Source of the DNA: Lingula anatina
Lineage: Eukaryota; Animalia; Brachiopoda
Length of the DNA stretch: 64,000 bases
Direction of reading: 5' to 3'
NCBI GenBank assembly: GCA_051362555.1
Contig: CM120640.1
Span: forward strand, 71,588,788 to 71,652,787
Each line of letters starts with the position of its first letter. Positions within the stretch are counted from its first letter, which is position 1. This document shows positions 60,719-64,000 of the stretch, in pieces. The notes beneath the pieces are model-generated. The model saw only the letters and a program-made list of their open reading frames with translations. It had not been told where the DNA came from and did no database searches. A program made the position numbers and the translations under genes.

Positions 60719-63700
60719 AAAAAAAAAGAAGAAAGAAAAGACGGAAAGAATGGGCTGGGGTTGTTAACAAGTTTTTCTCATACTTGTAAAAAAATCATAT
60801 TTTTTAGTTACATAGGCATGTCAGTTGATTTCAAAAACGGTCATTTCATTGACACAAACTACAGCCATTCGGGATTTGTTTAGAAGCTAGCATGGAAAAT
60901 CAATTGTTAATAAAATGTGGAGACTGACAGTACTATGCCAAGTTAGAACAAGCAGAAGTTGATGTGAACATCATTAAAATTGATGTTAAAATCTCCAATA
61001 GATGTCAGGCCACTGAGAATAACAAACCTTGAAGTTGTTACAGATAGTTGTGGTTGACTGAGTTTTTGTATAAGTCTCCTCTTCTTGTGTGAGGTAAAGC
61101 AATGATTCTTGAGTGAGAGAAAATGGATTCTTAGGGAAAATTACTTGGTACCGAAGTCAGGAGAAGATTGATCCCTTTTACTTAAGGCAAATTTTGAAAT
61201 TGACAATTTTCTTTTTGGGCTCAGTTTTTAAGAATAATTTTATTTATGTCTTCAACTGCACACCAACAGAGTTCTCTTGTTCATTTCTGGACTCGTTTGG
61301 TTAAACTATTTCATGAGGGCAGCAAGGCACACAGGCACTGTGGGATGAAGGACAACAACAGAAAGGCTTACTCGCTCAATAAGAAATCACAAATATGATT
61401 TTTTTAAAAAAAGAACAAATCAGTCTGAATTTTTTTATTCATTTTATTGACATTGAACATGATGTATCTTCCTTTGGAAGAAATATTAAATTCTCACAAG
61501 AAAAAGGAAACGTGCTTTGGACAACATACATTAGAAAACAGCATAGCAAGTACTTGGAATAAACTAATCATATGTTTCTGGTGGAAACTTCTGTTGCTTA
61601 AATTATATATATAGATATATTGGCTTCCCTGTGGCCACAACTGCACCCCCCCCCCCCCAATCACCCTTCCCTGTGGTCACACCAAACTCCTCCCACCCCC
61701 CAGTCCCTGTAGCCAAACACAAATGGGAGCAGTTTATTATAACCTTCAGGAGCACCTGGGCATGCTCCTTGTGAAAGCAACACTTCTCAATATCACTGTT
61801 AGACTACTATTAGAATACAAACTATAGCACAGGTGGTAAGGAGCACCTGTCACCTTATCTACAGTCTGGTCATAACATATTACTATCAAACTAGACACCA
61901 TAAAGATCCATAGATCAGCACCTAGAACTTCAGCCAGAGGTTGAAGAGTGATGCAGACCACCTTGCTGGGGTCCAGCCAAATCGTGACAATTTCCTGGCG
62001 AAGTCTCCACAAGGGCAGGTGCCTAGTCACCTTCAAAACTTGCTATGACCATGGAGTTGTACTGATATACTCCTTGCTTAGACCAATCATGTGGTCAGAT
62101 AAGCTAAGCATTTTAGACAACGTGATTTACAAATCCAGGAAAATGCAAATTATCAGACAAAAGTTTTCCTGTGCCAGCTGATTTGAAAATGTTATAATTA
62201 CCACAGGGTAATGAAACATCCACTGCTACTGACACAGAAATATATCACTGATCTATAATAATCTTTATGTTTACCCATATGAGGCCACAGTGTCAAGAAG
62301 AGCTCTTAGAATTATGTGTCCATAAAAAAAGTTTCCTGGTGATTCTCTAGGCCACACTTCCCTACTGCCAGCCACACTGTAGCCACACAGAATACAGCAA
62401 TAACCTAAATCATCTAGAGAAAATACTGCCTGTAAATCACTTCTTGAGATTGCTCATTCACAAAACATATGCCCTGAAAATATACCAGCATTTTCATAAT
62501 ATGTTTTCATGACAAATCAAATAATTTTCACTTATACAGTTAACTGGCCTCTAGCAAGAAATACACCCTACAGCAATATCAATGCACAATGATAAAAAAC
62601 AAGTGGAGTATCAGGAAATAGACCAGTTCATTTTAAGTTATTAATACATTTTAATTGTAATTGTAAAAAAAATCACTGTCACAAAATGCAAATAAATTCT
62701 TGCTTCCCTTTGCACACAAATATGGACATAATAATACTGATGCACCTGGCGCCATCTATCCTTGAGCATCCATGCAAATAATTTGATAACAATATATGGT
62801 AAACTGTCCTCTTCATTATATCACTCATTTCAGGGCCCAATAATGACAACATCAATAGCAAAGTATGAACAGCATACACCATTGGTGTACTCAAGACAGT
62901 ACACTTGATATGGCATATCACAAAACGCGATACCAGCATCAGAAATATAAGCCATGAAAAATAACAAAAATCTTAATAGGATTAACTCCAACTCTACAAA
63001 CCTCAATTCCTTACTAATGCTGATTCACCTTATAATGCATACCCTCATACTGCTCCTCAACAATGAGCCATCATTTCTATACGTTGACATAAAAAACAAT
63101 TATATTTATTTATATTATTGTAAAAAATGACATAAACAATAGCAAATTCACTTTAGAAATCAAAGTTGATGATAAAAATGACACAAATGACCACTTCCCT
63201 GCAGGCATGTTGTGTGAAACTGTTCAGTTTCAACCTGTTCTACAGGAGGTGCACCGCAGGATGTTTTGTAAGCACACCATAGGTTCTTGTACACCAGATA
63301 AGAGATTTTAGGCCGAGGGAAATAACGTATAAGTATTGAAAACTGTACTGTTGAACACTACAGGTGTTGTATATATGTGCACAGATCAAAGTCAGCCTTC
63401 CTGTTCAACAGGGCACTGCCTGCCATAGTTTTACCCTACAGGTGGCAGCACCTTCTACATGGATGGCAACAGTATCTTCATAAAAAATAATGACCAACAG
63501 CTTATCTACCTTTCACACATCAAATATGGTGATATCAGTCTATGTCTGCACTCTCATACAGAGCTATTACTACTAACATGTTTCCAAGCAGAAATGCTTT
63601 ACCAATACTGATACTAACAGTGGTTCTATGAATAGAGACAATCAATTTCATTGATCAGTTTAAAGCTTAAGACTTCTTAATTCTAAGTGGTTTTACCCAA

Positions 63701-64000
63701 GCTATGATGTAGATGTCTCTGGTTCTGACAGGGTGTGGTGCAGTACTACAGAGATGCCAAGTCTTTCCCTATGGCACTGTTGACAAAGTACATGAAATCT
63801 TTAATGACTAATGATATATATATATATATACCACAGCACCAAACTGTGCTGGTATGTCTGAAATGTGAATCTGTATGAAGAATGGAAAGGTGATGAAAAC
63901 GCCTGACACTTTGTACAGAATATACACAACTATCACAGCTGAACCAGTCCTCTTCTCTATGTACACGCTTGTGTGACATAGCACCAAGATATCAGTATGA

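Noticed and set aside
60600-64000. Short ORFs at the right end of the window
   Set aside because: No domain motifs or convincing paired splice sites; treated as intronic or intergenic.

Overview
AT-rich eukaryotic (invertebrate, probably mollusc-like; taxon is inference) genomic DNA with four spliced genes. (1) The 5' end of an adhesion GPCR-A (ADGRA3/GPR125-like) gene on the minus strand, running off the left edge. (2) A complete 15-exon RIG-I-like receptor gene (2xCARD, DExD/H helicase, CTD; about 987 aa; minus strand, 9787-20028). (3) Head-to-head with it, a MAVS-like adaptor gene (CARD, death domain, 19x11-aa repeat, Pro/Ser-rich region with TRAF motifs, C-terminal TM; about 978 aa; plus strand, 21962-28460). 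The short interval between them carries IRF/ISRE, NF-kB and ATF/CRE-like motifs. (4) A rhotekin gene (HR1, anillin-homology, PH; minus strand, 30750 to at least 60022) with several alternative 5' exons. Introns hold a 5'-truncated LINE, a Helentron/HINE-like element with a 146-bp satellite, several MITEs with readable TSDs, and a TIR element carrying a spliced RFX-like winged-helix ORF. Many minisatellites are present; three of them amplify genuine exon-intron junctions. The most notable feature is the divergent RLR-MAVS receptor/adaptor gene pair. All exon structures were deduced by eye from GT-AG sites and frame continuity; no database search was run.
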